Notes: generated from the sequence alone by a model not told the origin. DNA of 64,000 nucleotides from Selaginella moellendorffii (GCF_000143415.4 NW_003314265.1:83231-147230), one strand, 5' to 3'; positions 36,282 to 49,967 are shown, numbered from the stretch's first letter. A program made the numbers and translations.

Positions 36282-37589
36282 ATGCGTTACCAGCTGGGAA
36301 TGGAGCGCTCCAAGCTACTCACGCTCGGCAAGCCCTCTCCCGAGAATCCAATGGCGATGCTCCCCGGGGCCGGCGGCGCGGGAGGATCGATCAAGCAGAA
36401 CATCCAGGACATCGTGTGGTCGTTCATGTTTGGGGCAGGAGATGTGAGACTGAGGGCCGCCAGAGAGATTCGCAGGCTCACCAAGACATCGGCCAAGACG
36501 AGGGTCTACCTCGCGGCGGCGGGCGTGATTCCGCCGCTGGTTCTGATGCTCAAGTCCTCCTGCCACGATTCCAGAGAGGCGGCGCTCCTGGCGCTCCTAA
36601 ATCTCGCCGTGGGGAATGAGAGGTATCGTGTTCCTCGCATTGATTTCCTTGTTCTTCGTATCTAGGCTATCTCACGCTCGAATTCTTCCAGGAACAAGGT
36701 GAAGATCGTCAAGTCGGGCGCGGTGGCGCCGCTGGTGGACCTCCTCCAGACCGGCTCCACGCTGCGCGAATCCGCCGCCGCGGCGCTCTACACCCTCTCC
36801 GCCGCGCCGAGCAACAAGCCCGTCATCGGCTCCTCTGGCGCCATCCCGCTGCTGGTGGAGATGCTCACCTCGGGCAGCGTCCAGGGCAAGGTGGACGCGG
36901 TCATGGCGCTCTACAACCTGTCCACGCTCCAGGAGAATCGCCCACCAATCCTGGCCGCGCGCCCGGTGCCGCCGCTCCTCCTCCTCCTCAATAGCTGCAA
37001 AAAATCGGGCAACGTCGCGGACAAGGCCACCTCGCTGCTGGAATCGCTGTCCGCCTTCGAGGACGCGCGGGCATCCATCGGCAAGGTGGAGGGTGGGATC
37101 CTCACGCTGGTGGAGGTGCTCGAGGACGGATCCAGCAAGAGCCGCGAGCACGCCGTGGGGACGCTGCTGGCGCTGTGCCAGAGCGATCGATCCAAGTACC
37201 GCGACGCGATCCTGGACGAGGGGGCCATCCCGGGGCTGCTGGAGCTCACGGTGCAGGGCACGCCGCGAGCGCAGCGGATGGCTCACACGCTGCTGGAGCT
37301 CCTGCGCGAGTCGCCGGCGCGGAGCTCCAGTGCTGGCGGCGGCGGTGGCGGCGGTGGCGGCGGAGGAGGAGCGATCGATGGCATGGAGTGCGAGGTTGGC
37401 GGCGGCGGCGGCGGTGGCGAGGAGGAGGAGGAGATCACCGCGAGGAAGATGCTGTCGGAGATGGTCCAGCTGAGCATGGAGCAGAGCATGAGGCACTTGC
37501 AACAGAGGGCGCTCTTTTGCCGCGCCCCGTCCAGTGTCTCATCGTCGGACGATCCATCCTCGTCTCCACAGCTCTCATCGTCCGACTGA
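36282..37589 (+). CDS. ARM-repeat protein (PUB-type ARM repeats, no U-box seen), 2 exons
   Basis: AAREIRRLTK, ALLNLAVGNE-RNKVKIV, DAVMALYNLS, EGAIPGLLELTVQGT. GT-AG intron about 36623-36691. The start could be 36300. Confidence 0.93.
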
Positions 37590-38507
37590 GTGTTTAGCTT
37601 TCCTTTTTTTTCTTTCTCCCTTATCTTGCTGCGCCGCCTTTTTTCCTTTTCTGGCTCATTTTCTTGGTCCGCCACCTTTGCTGTTATATGTACAGAAAAA
37701 AAAAGAGATTTAAAACTTTATTTCAAGGGCGAGAGGGAGAGAAAAAAGAAAGAAGCTTGACTTGCGCGCCTGGATCGATCGATGGAGGGAGACCTCTTCT
37801 CCTGTGGCATCTTTCTCTGATTTCACGCGATCCCTTACACCCCCCCAAACTGCCTTGTCTTGTTCCCCATATTATATTCTATCTGTTGGGGCCGTCCTCT
37901 TGCGAGAAGATGCTCTTCGCAATGTAGAGAGGCGAGAGATATCAATATCGTCTAATCTCCATGGCTTTGCTTCTTTTTCTCTTTAGATTGACGAGGACTG
38001 CCTACACGAGCCCCTGGTCCCGCCATAGCTATATGACCTGCGACCCATCTCTCTGGAAATTTATGAAGTGGTCTCCATCGATCAAGACGAGAGAGAGAGA
38101 CGAGAAAGAGAGAGACCCATTTTTTTAATCTATCTATCTTCTTCTTCTTCTCCATTTCCTGGTCAAATCCCATATCCCAGTAGCTCTAGGACATTGGCCG
38201 CCCATTCCCTGCCTTATCCCAAGCTTGAGCATCATCACCTAAGAAGTACCAGCGAGAAGATCTCTTGATTGACACGGGACTCCGGGACGTTTTTCATTAT
38301 CTATGGAACAATCTCTCTTTCTCAGAGTCTTCCTGCAAATGACACTCGAAGCTTTTCCTTCTCAGTCGTGTTAGAACCAAAAATGGTCACTTTTGACGGC
38401 TGATCGAAACCAAAACGATGCATACCTCAGGGACAAAGGAGAGGGCAAAAGGAGGACAAAATCGTCGCTGGAAACCGGAACTCTGACCGACGCAAAAACG
38501 GAATCCA

Positions 38508-39303
38508 TCAAACCGTCCAGCTCGATCTCGTGTTGCTGCTGTACTTGAGCGGGAGGTTTGCGTACATGGCGATGTCTTCGCGGATGATGCTGCTCTTGAG
38601 ACGAGACCTCTCGTACGAGACTTCTCCCGGGAGCACGGAGTAAAGTCTCTGGGATTTCTCGATGTCCTTGTTCAGTGGCCTCCAGCTCGACTTCAAGCTC
38701 CCTGCGAACGAAAAGATTGTATTTCTTTAAGACAAAGGAGGGAAAGAAGCTCTTACCGAGAGGATTGAAGGATGGTGGCGCTATAGCTCGGACGGGAGGA
38801 AGCGTTGGCATTTTCTCGATCTTGAGAGGAGGATCTTTCCCGATTTGTGGAGCGGCAGGAGATCTCCTCAGAATCCAGTTACCAAGCCGTTTGCCGGGAG
38901 ACATGTCCCATGCTGCGAACTTCTTCTGGATCTTGATGACGGTGTCAAATGCAAACCGCGTCCGCCTTGGAAAGAAAAAGATGTCGGTCAGTACTCTCGA
39001 CTTATGGAGCAAAACTATGACAAGTAGCTCCTCTAAAGGGGAAAAACAAATCCTACTCTCGAACAAGAACACGGAAAGAAAAAGATGCCGACCAGCATTC
39101 TCGACTTATGGAGCAAAACTAGCTCAAGACAAGCAGCAAGAACACGGTTTAAGAATCTAGGGAGATCAAGCATACCTCTGCGCGAAACACCGGAGGCGCC
39201 CGCTCTTGGGCAGGACCTTTCTCTGGATCCTCAGTGCCAGGCGATAGGTGCGCTTGAGCCCAAGGAAGTACGCCGTCGCCAGAGTGAGCTCCCACAGCAC
39301 CAT
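38508..39303 (-). CDS. Conserved plant protein of unknown function (At3g12210-like), 3 exons
   Basis: MVLWELTLATAYFLGLKRTYRLALRIQR...RRTR...LGNWILR and C-terminal IIREDI motifs recognised from memory. Confidence 0.75.
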
Positions 39304-39399
39304 CGCGCCTGCGACCTTCGGTCCCTTTTGCCCTAAACGGATATCAGGGACAATTCAACACAGTAATTGCAACAGGTTGTCTCCATAGAAAATAAAAAA

Positions 39400-40180
39400 C
39401 TCACTTTTTTAGTCTTGGATCGGCCGGAGATATCAACAAGCTTATCTCGAGCAGAGCTATGAGATACTGGAGAATCCTCAAGAACTTAGAGCTTGGCCTC
39501 TCAAGCAAAAAAAAAAGAAATGAGAACTCACTTCTTTAGTTTTGGATCCTGTGTCAGCGCTCTTGTCATTCCTAGAACCTAGGCCGGACAGATCAGCAGG
39601 TAGCTTGCCTCGATACAGGAGAAAAACGGGTCCTCTCTGTGCAAGAACTTAGAGCTTGCAAAGATTAGAGAAAAAAAAGCTCACTTTCTTTAGTTTTGGA
39701 TCCTGTGTCAGCGCTCTTGTCATTCCTAGGCCGGAGAGATCAACATGTAGGTTGTCTCGAGGATACTAGAGGATCCTTTCTGTGCAAGAACTTAGAGCTT
39801 GCAAAGACAAGAGAAAAAAGAGAACTCACTTGTTTAGTTTTGGATCCTGTGTCAGCATTCTTCTCCGTCGCAGCGTCAATACCTCGAGATCGATATTGAA
39901 CGAGGCTAGCTTGTTGAAACCTCCATCAAGGTCCAAATCCATCGCTGCAACAAGACGCATCGCATCGATCAATCACATCCGCAAGCAAGAAACCAATTTG
40001 AAGAGTCTTCCCGGTCTTGGCCATGGGCCGAGGCGGCAAGATCCAGCCCCGTCGCCGCGCTGAGCTTCCCAGCAATCCAAGACCTGAAAAAATCGTCCCC
40101 CAGATCATCGCTTGCGCCATAATCCACAGTAATACCCGCATTCTACTTCCCGCCAAAGCTCACCCGAAGAACCCTAGTTT
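39400..40180 (-). pseudogene. Inverted, truncated and decayed copy of the At4g18490-like 5' end with a few repeat units
   Basis: Reverse complement of 32820 onward ([30 protein letters not shown] units) with deletions. Confidence 0.88.
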
Positions 40181-40187
40181 AAAGATT

Positions 40188-42130
40188 TTAACGGGAAATC
40201 CCATCCCTCCCTTTAAATTTTCCCTTTAAAATATCTTTGAGCAACGCTAGCTTGGATGTCTGTTGTCTCGTTGCTTGGAGAAGTGGCCTTCTTCCAGAGC
40301 CAAAGCAGCTAGTGTCACTGGCGAGATTTTTCTTGGCGTTCTTGGGCAGTGACGATTTCGCTACGTCGCCGTTTTCTAATGCGCTCATCGATGCTGTCGC
40401 CGCTGGCGGAAATGGGTCCGAGGACGTTGTCTGTGACTTCATGTCCTCCACGAGCTCGATGATCTTGTCTAGAACTTGCAATGCACGCTCCACCTCTGAG
40501 TCGATGTGGATGACCTCTTGCCGGTCGGGGGCTTGGAGTTTCTCGGCACGAAATCGCTCTACCAGCTCTTGTGATGTCGAAGCTGCTTCCTTTACTTCTT
40601 CGATTTTGTCAGTGGCAGTGTCAGCGGTGATTCTCTTGGTCTCCATTTGCTTCTTCTCTGATCGTTTCATGCCGTCCTTGATGCGATGGTACAAAGGCTC
40701 CGAAGCCATGAGCTTTTGGAAGACTTTATGCTGGCTTGCAGATAGCACGGCCTGGGAACAAACCGCTGAGTGGTTTAGAAAAGCACAAACTTGTAGGCAA
40801 CGCGTACCTTTTGATAAAGTTTGTAGCCACTGCCAACGAGCTGCCGTGTGATGAAGTTGATCACCCAAGGTGGAACAAAGTCGAGCTTTATATCCATATT
40901 GACCAACGTCCTGCGAAAAACTGAGGTGAAACTGAAAACACGGAGAACGTCGACAAGCTTCAAACTACCTGAAGAAGCTCTGCTCGTTGGTCATCTTTTG
41001 CAGCATAAATCCACCTGAAACTTCCATGCGAACGACATCCTGTGTGGCAGGGGGTAATTCGTCCGCAGAAAATCCATAAATCTCCTCTTCACCTTCGTCT
41101 GGATCTGAAGGAGCCTACACACATGTCGATTTTGCAAACAGCTAAGAGCAGAAACACAGGGACTTCGAGCATACCGTGCCAAAAGTCACAATCACAACGT
41201 CGTCCTCAAAGTACTCCAGCTCAAACTCGGTCATGAGAACCTCCCGTTGCGCCAGAGGCCACGGTACCTTGACTCTGGAGAACTTAGTTAACACTGAAAC
41301 CACAACGCAGCCGCATACCTTATATGACACAGATCCTCGCCGACGCGAATTCTCTTCACCCATTTGGATTCCACAACTTTGAACGTCGGCATGTTAAACT
41401 GCGGCCACCTGTTTAGACGTCAACGAGGAACTCGCAGAAACAAAGCTCCAACATACCATGTATAAAACGCTGGAGCTTCCCAAGCCACACAGATAGCTGC
41501 GACAAAGAAAAAAAAATCCCAAAAGGCCAAAGCTTGAGAAAACCATCTGAGAAATTTTTTTTTCCTACCATTCATCATGGGTCCATTCACAATGCCTTCA
41601 ACACAGTAAGTGTGGAATGGCATGCCTTCTGGGCCTGGCCGATACATAACACGCATAACATCCGTTTCCTCCTTGATCTGACAAAACCACCAAAATAAAT
41701 TCTCCTTTCGATCAGAGCGAAGATGTGATTACACTACCTTCCATGAGAATGGCGTGTCTTCGTTGTCTAGGAGCTCCTGGCGAGCGCTTCTCAGCGCATC
41801 CAAAAACGTAGAAATCTCCGTCGCTCGCTTCTCGGCGACCTTGTCGATCGTCTCCTGGGACCAGGCATGGTAGTGCTTGTCTGGAAGAAATTATCGAAGA
41901 TTTCAGCCACAAACACCTGATCGACAGTGCAATCCTCTACAGGAAGCCTACATTTGACCTAGAAAATCTGCGAATGCGCGATGGATCAATCATCTTGGAT
42001 GCTTACCCAGTGCCGGGCTCGCGCTTAGCTGATCCCGCACGATCTGGACGATTCCAGCTCGCTGCGAGAGGGCTGGCGACATGAGCGACGAATCCAGGCG
42101 CGCGCGACCTCGCTCCTTGGCAGCCGCCAT
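40188..42130 (-). CDS. START/polyketide-cyclase-like lipid-binding domain protein, multi-exon
   Basis: RLDSSLMSP...VRDQL, RVMYRPGPEGMPFHTYCVEG, VKVPWPLAQRE, FRRTLVNMDIKLDFVPPWVINFITRQLVGSG. Confidence 0.85.
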
Positions 42131-42572
42131 GATCGATCCACTCCCCCCCGTGAAGAACACATACTAAAAGAAATCCCAAACAGTAGCAGTTGTATCCAAC
42201 GAAGAGAAAGAAAAACGAGACACAAAGATGCACTAATGGCCTGCGTGGACGGCCAAGATGTGCTCAGATCGGACGGTCCTGGCCACTCACCGAGCTATTT
42301 GACCGAAGCGCGCTCACTGACAAAGTCTACATGGCGAGTCTCGATCCGACGGCTCTAGCCGTGCCAGCTCAGTTGCCTAGCTGGCAAATAGTTTCCCTCC
42401 TTTAGGTTGAGCGCGTAGGGTTTTCGCGATGGAGGAGGCTTTGGAGCTGCAACTAGGGATTGGTGAGCACAGCACAGGAGCTAGAAATCGCTAGAATGCG
42501 GGCGCTAGATTCTCCCAGGACGCGCAGCGGCATGGAAATCTCGTATTCTTGGTAGAATGCTTCCAGGTCGTG

Positions 42573-44521
42573 ATGGAGAAGGATTTTTCTCACTCGGGAT
42601 CTAGCGGGAGGCGGCGGTTAGATAGAGTGAACGCATTGGGGAGAAACACAAGCTATAATTCTACCGAGCCAGGCGATGAGAAGGATCTATTCAGGTTGGA
42701 TGGAGACGACGATGAGAGCGTGTCGAATATGCTCAGCAGGATTGGTATCACGAGGCCAGATATGCTGGGGATTCCGGCAAGCGAATGGAATAACAGGATG
42801 AGCCGGCCCTCTTCCGGTGAGTTGCAATTCAGTGGGCATCCGGAAGCTGAGAATCCAAGCACTAAATTGGTGCTACCATCTAGGCTGGGCATCCGGACGA
42901 GATCGTTTGAGCCGCCTCCTTCAAGGAACACTCTCGAGGTTGATCAACCCCGTAGCTACTCTCTCGAGGAAAAGTCTCGGGAAGATACAACGAGGCAGCT
43001 CAGTCCTTTGTCTTCTAGTCCGGACTCAGCCTCCACTTCATATGATCGCGATCGTGGCGAGGCTCAAGCCGCCGTATTGGATCGGGACTTTACTTTTCTA
43101 AACGATGGGAGCTCGGATTCGAGAAGCCATAGCAGCTCGGGTGATGGCGGTGAAGATAAGGGCCGGAGTATGGATTCGCAGGCGTCAGATGATACACATC
43201 CAACTGAGGCGGTGGAATATGAGCAAAGTCAACAGCCAACAAGTTTGACAACAAGGCTATCCTGGAGTTCATGGAAGAAGCTCGAGTTGCTGGGATCTGG
43301 GTCCTTCGGCTCGGTTTATCGGGCTGTTGGCAGGTACTAGATATCTTTCAACATGTTTTCTTCTAAGCTTCTACGTTCGTTCTTGTGCAGTGATGGGAAC
43401 TATTTTGCGGTGAAGGAGGTCCCTCTTTCCAACGCAAATGACCAAAGTGGTCTTCAGCTACAACAGGTGAGAGTTTTTTCAGTCGTTAAACAAATGCCCT
43501 GACAGGATGCTTTTCCAGGAGGTAAATTTGTTGGGTCACCTCCGACACGAAAACATTGTACAATACTTAGGAACACAAAAAGTAAGGTGCTTTCACGGTT
43601 TCTCGATTGATATTGCATTCTCACTTATCCTTTCCAGACGAACGACAAGCTGTATATTTTTCTGGAGCTGGTGACCCAGGGGTCTATCGTATCTCAGTAC
43701 AAACACTTTGAAATGTTCGACGAACAAATTAGGAAGTATACGAAGCAGATCCTTTCTGGACTCAAGTACCTACATGAGAAGAAGGTTGTGCACAGGTATG
43801 ATATGAAACAATGTGGCAGCGCACATAGTAACCGCAACCTCATGGCTTCTACAGAGATATAAAGTGCGCGAACATTCTTGTTCACGCTCATGGAACGGTC
43901 AAGCTTGCTGATTTCGGAATGGCCAAGCAGGCAAGTTATTTCTTGTGCTTCAGGACCTTTCTAAACAACTTTTCTGCCTCATTTTTAGTTGGAGAAAATA
44001 GACAGCATGAGATCCTGTAAGGGAAGCGTGTACTGGATGGCTCCGGAGGTTGGCCTTGGCAATCTTTACCCGTCTCACAAAATGCTCACAACTTCTCAGT
44101 GTCTTTCAGGTTATAAACCCGAAGAAAACAGCAGGTTTTCCAGCCGATATCTGGAGCTTGGGGTGCACTGTTCTTGAAATGGCCACCGGAAAGCCTCCAT
44201 TTAGTGACTGGGAATGGGTACGTTGTCTTGCCATCTCCTTTTCTCGCGCTGCTGCTTACCCCTTCCTCGCTATGCTAGAACACCGTCTTCTTCAGAGTTG
44301 GTCGTGGGGCGCTCCCTGAAATTCCCGACTCCATCCAAGGAGACGCTCGAGATTTTATCTTAGAGTGCTTACAAGCGGATCCTTCTAAACGGCCAACAGC
44401 GTCGAAACTCTTGGACCATCCGTTCGTAAATTCAAGACCAGTGGTGGACACGACTGGCCTAGTCACCGAATCCACAGAAATCGTCTCAGCGTACGACTCC
44501 TGGGGAGTTTCAGCAAGGTAA
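42573..44521 (+). CDS. MEKK1-like MAP kinase kinase kinase
   Basis: [46 protein letters not shown] and [13 protein letters not shown] across short GT-AG introns. Confidence 0.95.
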
Positions 44522-44842
44522 ACTTTCAGGATTTTCAAGTGGAAAAAACTTACACGTTGGAAAATGTAGGACTGAAACCGTTCGGACTGCGCGATCAGTC
44601 CGGACAAGGCAAAGCATTTACCACAATCAATGAGCGGAGGTTTGTTTCGTGTATTTTATTTGGTAACACGCATTTTAGCACAGGATTTGATCGACGTACG
44701 AGTTCTAAAGAAAAAGAAAAAAACTCGCGCACAGGTTCTCTTCGAAAAATCGTCTCAGGCTATTGTAATTCACAACAGCCATCAACTGGAAAGAGACAAA
44801 CGAATCTCCTATACAGGGTAACCAAAACCGGGAGAGAAACTT

Positions 44843-46944
44843 TTATGCAACCTTGCCGCTATGGCTGACTCTCTTCGCGTTCTTGGCGATGGGAGCTTGC
44901 AAGCGCTGTCGCGGAGCTTTCGCGGTGCTTAACTCAGGGGCCGGGGGCCGCCTGGAACTAGCTCGTCTTTGCTCGATCACGTCTCGATGATATCCCTGCT
45001 CAAACCAGCGCCAAGATCAAAGATTGCTCTTACCCAAGATCAAAAGTTACCTGCACCACGAAGTTTCGTCTCTGGCAATCCAGGAACATGTTGATCCGCC
45101 ATGGAACCTGGGCCATGATCTTGTCCCGGACGATCCCAAAGCTTATCTGGTCTCGCGATGTGAAACGATCCACCTCATTGAACCACAGGCACGTAAATAA
45201 GTTTGTCAGCGGAGTGTGCTCGCGGACGATGACACAGCCCTCGGGGACGTCTGTCTAGCAGCACAAGTTAGTGAATCCCAAACCCGCGATTCTTTGTATC
45301 ATACCACTAACGATTGGCAGCTTGGCAGTTGTGTAAGGCACCAGTCCTTCCTTGCGGTAGAAATTCACCTGCGCATCAATGGAGGCATTGTTGTACTTTC
45401 TAGCTAACTTGTTAGCTTCTGCCTCTGTGAAAACGTCGAAGCGCTTGTAATGCTTGGAGATGGCGAAGGTGTCGTGCGTTCTCCACAAAAATCTGAGAAA
45501 AGAAAAAACGTTCATGCAGGATTGTTTCACCAAACTACGGACGTACCTTTCCATAATCTGGTAGGGATCAACCACGAGCTCGAGCTTGCCATCGATCCAC
45601 AGAGAGAACCTTGCATTTGGAAATAGGCGATGCGAGAGAAGTTTCGGGATCTGCACAGAAGGAAACGTTGAGTGATTCCATATCATTCACAAGCTATAAA
45701 CACCTACCTTCCCAGTGCGCCTTGGATCTAAGTAAGGAATGTTGTGGACTGTCACCACTCTCCACAGACCAACCTTTTTAGTTCTAGAGTAAGAACCACC
45801 CCTCTTGATGATTGCTGCCTGGGTTTCTTCGTCGACAAACATGAAAAAGCAAACGTTTTTCTTACTATGCTCGCTGATGTGTTTGGGCTGCTGCAAGGGG
45901 TCATAGTTCCCTGTAGAACAATATGAATAAGACGAGAAGAAACAGCCGTAGAAAGCTTACCAAAGATGGCAGAGATAACCACAATGCCATGGCACTTTTC
46001 CATGTCATACAAATCGAACTCGTCAATGTCGAAACCGGAACCAACACCGGGTTTGATTCCCCTGGCAAAACTGGAAGAGCATTGGACAATGTGAGTAGAC
46101 AGAATAGAAACTTAAAAGAACCATACCCGCAGTACAAGTGCATCGATTCCTCTATCTTGTGTGATCTTTTGCGATCCTCCAAGGTGGGATGGCCGCCAAA
46201 AGCCGATCCCGGCGAAGTTGCCGCAGTAGAAGCATCTTCTCGTACATAGGTGAGGTTCTGGACGATGAGAGACGGAAAAACGCCAGATGGAGGATAAAGC
46301 TTCTTTGCTTCCTCGACTGGAAGGTAACAGACTGGGCAGGCTGCAACACGCAAGTGTAAGGTTCCAGACTTTGGCTGTAAAACTTTGAGAAAGACTGATA
46401 CTCACGGCGTGGTCCAGTCCTCTTCTTGTCCGCAGGAGGGGGCGGCATCGTGAAAGACTCGCAAGGGTGCCCATGAGGAAGCGGAGGGTCAAGGAAAGAC
46501 GTCGGAGGCAGCAGCCTCAGGTACTCGACCACACTCGCGGCGCCTGCCGCAGCTTCACTCGTCTCATTTGCCGCATTCGTGGAACCAAAGATGGATCTTT
46601 GCTTTTCTCCTGGGAATTTACCAAACAGGGACTGGAGAGACTCGATCCAAGAACAAACAGACAAGAAGGAGTAACAGTCCGATACCTTGCAATGGCGGCC
46701 TGGGAAGCGACACAATGCTGAAATCGCTGACGAGCATGAGAAGAGAGATGCAGGCCAGGAATGCCGCGACATAGAGGCCAGTGCGCCGATTGCTCAAGAA
46801 TCGGCAGAATTTCGAGCTCCAATCCCGGCTACTGGTCGACTGATGCTGCATCCCCCATACTTTGGGAGGAATCTTGGAAATCCGGGGCAATGGCGGCAGC
46901 TGCGCTGTGCTGCTGCCGTTGCGGTACGCCCTGGCGCCGCTCAT
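44843..46944 (-). CDS. DUF616 glycosyltransferase-like protein (MUCI70/TOD1 family)
   Basis: N-terminal TM helix, CPVCYLPVEEA, VCFFMFVDEET, DPRRTGK-IPKLLSHRLFPNARFSLWIDGK, SRDQISF. Confidence 0.92.
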
Positions 46945-47079
46945 TGGGATTTCCTCCCCATCGCTCCGCAAGAACCCTAAGCCCTAGATCAAGAAATATT
47001 TTCCCTCCAGACCGGTCCGAAAATAATGCGATCCAGTAAAAGACATCGAGGAGAATATCCCCGTGCATCTTTTCCCATT

Positions 47080-48630
47080 TTAAATCTCGCGTACCACATA
47101 TTTTCTTGTGCTGGCACCGAACGCCATAAAATCACCGTCTTGGAGCTCTTGCCTGTTCTTCCCGACCCTTTTCTTGTTCACGAAAGTTCCGTGGACCGAA
47201 TCCATATCGACCAAATGCAAACTTTCTCCGCTCCAGAGTAATTTCGCGTGCTGCGAGACAAATGCTGCGATGAATTCCCGCGAGAAGAGTACAAAAAAGG
47301 AGAGGATTCAATGAAACCATTTCGTACCTGTCTCGATATGGATGCGTGATCCAAGACGACGTCGCAAGTTGTTTGGCGACCGAAAATTAGCTCTTCTTTC
47401 TCGCAGGGGTTGATCGTGTCGACGATCTGTCCACTCTGTCGATCGCGGATACCATAAGTTATACAAGGAAGAAACGAAGAACAGAAAACGGGCAAACCTT
47501 GTGAACTTCCACAACAAATTCTTTCGGTGGCCTTCCGCTTCGTTTCCTCTCGACTTCACGCAGCTGCTTGATGAAGCCTGGATTGGGATCAACCTCCTTG
47601 CGCTGCTCCTTGAGGAACCTACAAAATCGAGAAACAATAAACTCACAAGTTACACAAACATCGGTTTCGAAACACCTTGGAACAGCACTTCACTTGATTG
47701 TCTCGTCAACTCCCCAGTGGTTGACACGCATCAGGTAGTAAGCGCACAAGGTCACGGAGCGGCTGGCTCCAGCGCCGCAGTGGACGAGCACCCGAGCTTT
47801 CGCTCTCTTTGCCTCCTCTATAAACTCGAATGCCGGTTCAAAATACTGAGTTATATTTGCGTTCGGTTCATCTGCGAAAAAGCAATAGTTTTAGATTCCT
47901 GGAAAAAAAATCAAAGGAGCTCACCAAAAATGTCGAAGTACTTGTGAGTGCATCCTTTGATTTCCTTTAAACGCTCGGTATGAGCAGTCAATACGTATGT
48001 TATGTGAAGATCGTTGAGAATGGGCACGGAGTTCGCGTGTTCCCAAGTTCCCATGTATAGGAACCGAGGTATAATCTTAAAACCAAGAGTCAGGAAATGA
48101 GAATATAAAAGAGAATTTTTTTATGCGAGTACCTCAGCTGGATAGCTTGGAATCGCCCAAGGTTTGACAGACTTACATATGATAAAAGGATATCGCTTTG
48201 AGAAACAGGCAAACGGGTCCCTGCCTTCCTCATCTATGCCAGAAACGAAAGAATTAGATTTCTTCGCGAAAAAGAAACGAAAGAAATCTAGCTCACCTTC
48301 CATGATTTTGAGAGACTTGACACGATTCTCCTCCATTAAAAACTTGGCAACTGGATCGACAATCACTTCGCTTGCCTTGCGCTTCTTCTCTTTCTCTTTC
48401 TCTTTCTTTTCCTCCTTCGTCGGCCAAACCCCAGGAACAAGAAGAACATCCCTTCCCCACCAGTAATCCTGGGACCAGACCGCGCCCATCACATACTCGA
48501 GCGACGCACCTTTGACGCGCACGCACACAGCATTCCGGATGTGGGCCACCGCGAAGTCCGATTGCTCGCGCGAATCGAAGATGAGCAGTTGTGGATCATT
48601 CACGAGCGCGTTGAACGACCGCCAGGCCAT
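47080..48630 (-). CDS. Rhodanese - dual-specificity phosphatase - FHA domain protein
   Basis: LIFDSRE-SDFAVAHIRNA (rhodanese); IPRFLYMG, ADEP, VLVHCGAGASRS, PNPGFIKQL (DSP); FGRQ, HASISRQH, DMDSVHGTFVN, FGASTR (FHA). Confidence 0.88.
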
Positions 48631-48842
48631 GGCGAGGAGGAAGAACCCTAACCCCCAGAATAATAGAAGATACTTTCCCGCCAAATTTCAAAAAACTTTC
48701 CACGCGGCGCTAATATGGCCTTTGGATGTAAGTTTTTCTTGCTGATCTGTTGAAAGGGCAAAAGCGAAAGCCCCATCAGGGTTTGAAACGCTTGCGCTGA
48801 AACGCTCGCGAGAGATTGATCGAATCTATCAAGAGGTCGGCG

Positions 48843-49967
48843 ATGGCGCAGCACAAGAGGCGATCGACTGTGAGTATTCTTTTGTTCTTGTGTCAATTAG
48901 CTCGGTCGCGAAAGGTTAATGTCAAAAACTCGATCTCGTCACAGCAAAACTAAGAAACCATAAAATGGGGCAAACTTCACTGACTTTGTGGGTCTGTCGA
49001 GCTTCAGTTCTTCGATCCAAATGCCTGCACTACGATGCAATACATTCCTTTTGGATGTAAGTCTTTTGTTTGCTTTGATGTCTAGTTCGTCTTTGGTGTA
49101 ATGTTTGCTTTTCTCGAATTCGAACTTTGATTTCGATTTCGCAGTGCACATTCCGGACATTAAGAAGCGCTTTGCAATCCACCATGCTGTCAAAAGATAC
49201 ATTGAAGCTGGCCATCACGACAGTGTTATCAGAAGCGGGGTAAGCATTTCGATCCAGGAAACTTGATTTTCAATGAAAAACTGCGTGTTTTTTTCTTACT
49301 TTCCCAGTGCCGCATTCGGGACATAACTCCTCCGAAAAGAATACGATGCAAGAAAATCATACCTGGTCCCCATCATCATCCTGGTAAAATCGTGATTCAT
49401 GAATTCGTTCACGAGATCAACCTTTTCTTTCTCTTCTTTTTGTTTTTGGCTTTAGTTCCTCAGAGAAGTGTGATCACTGGAAAACTCGGGCCTAAAGATA
49501 ACATCATACCTCCTCGCTGCGCTCTTGGTCCTCAGTTACTCTCTCCCGGCGGACACTACAACGAAGATGTCATCGATGGCAGATTCATCCCGAAACAACT
49601 AGTTGAGTAGCTTTTGCTTTGATCTTTGTTTTTCTCATGCCACTGTTCTTCCAGAAACCTGACAAGATCACGATAGGACACCAGCAATTCAAGAAGGAAG
49701 AAGTTAAAGACAACTTCTTCAACGTTCACCTGGTAGAACTCCGTGCGAGGAAAGTTTTCTAAAGCCTTTTCTCTCGTTTTCTTGTTCCTTGTCACACAGG
49801 CTCGCCAAGATCACGCAACGTATAAGCTCCGGACGCACGCAGCATTGACAGAGTTTTTGTACGAGGCCAAAGATCGAGCGGGCGAAGTTTTTAACAAGGA
49901 CGAATTCTCCAAAGTAAGGCCCAGCACTGCTCCAGCGGCGTCGCCGGCAAAAGCTCTTAAGAAGTGA
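48843..49967 (+). CDS. Hypothetical multi-exon protein, divergent from the phosphatase gene
   Basis: Alternating coding-like segments and GT-AG introns ending ...STAPAASPAKALKK*. Start and exon structure uncertain. Confidence 0.45.

Noticed and set aside
36672-37675. Antisense and alternative-frame ORFs over the ARM gene (and likewise over the PPR and GDSL genes)
   Set aside because: Expected shadows of GC-rich coding sequence.
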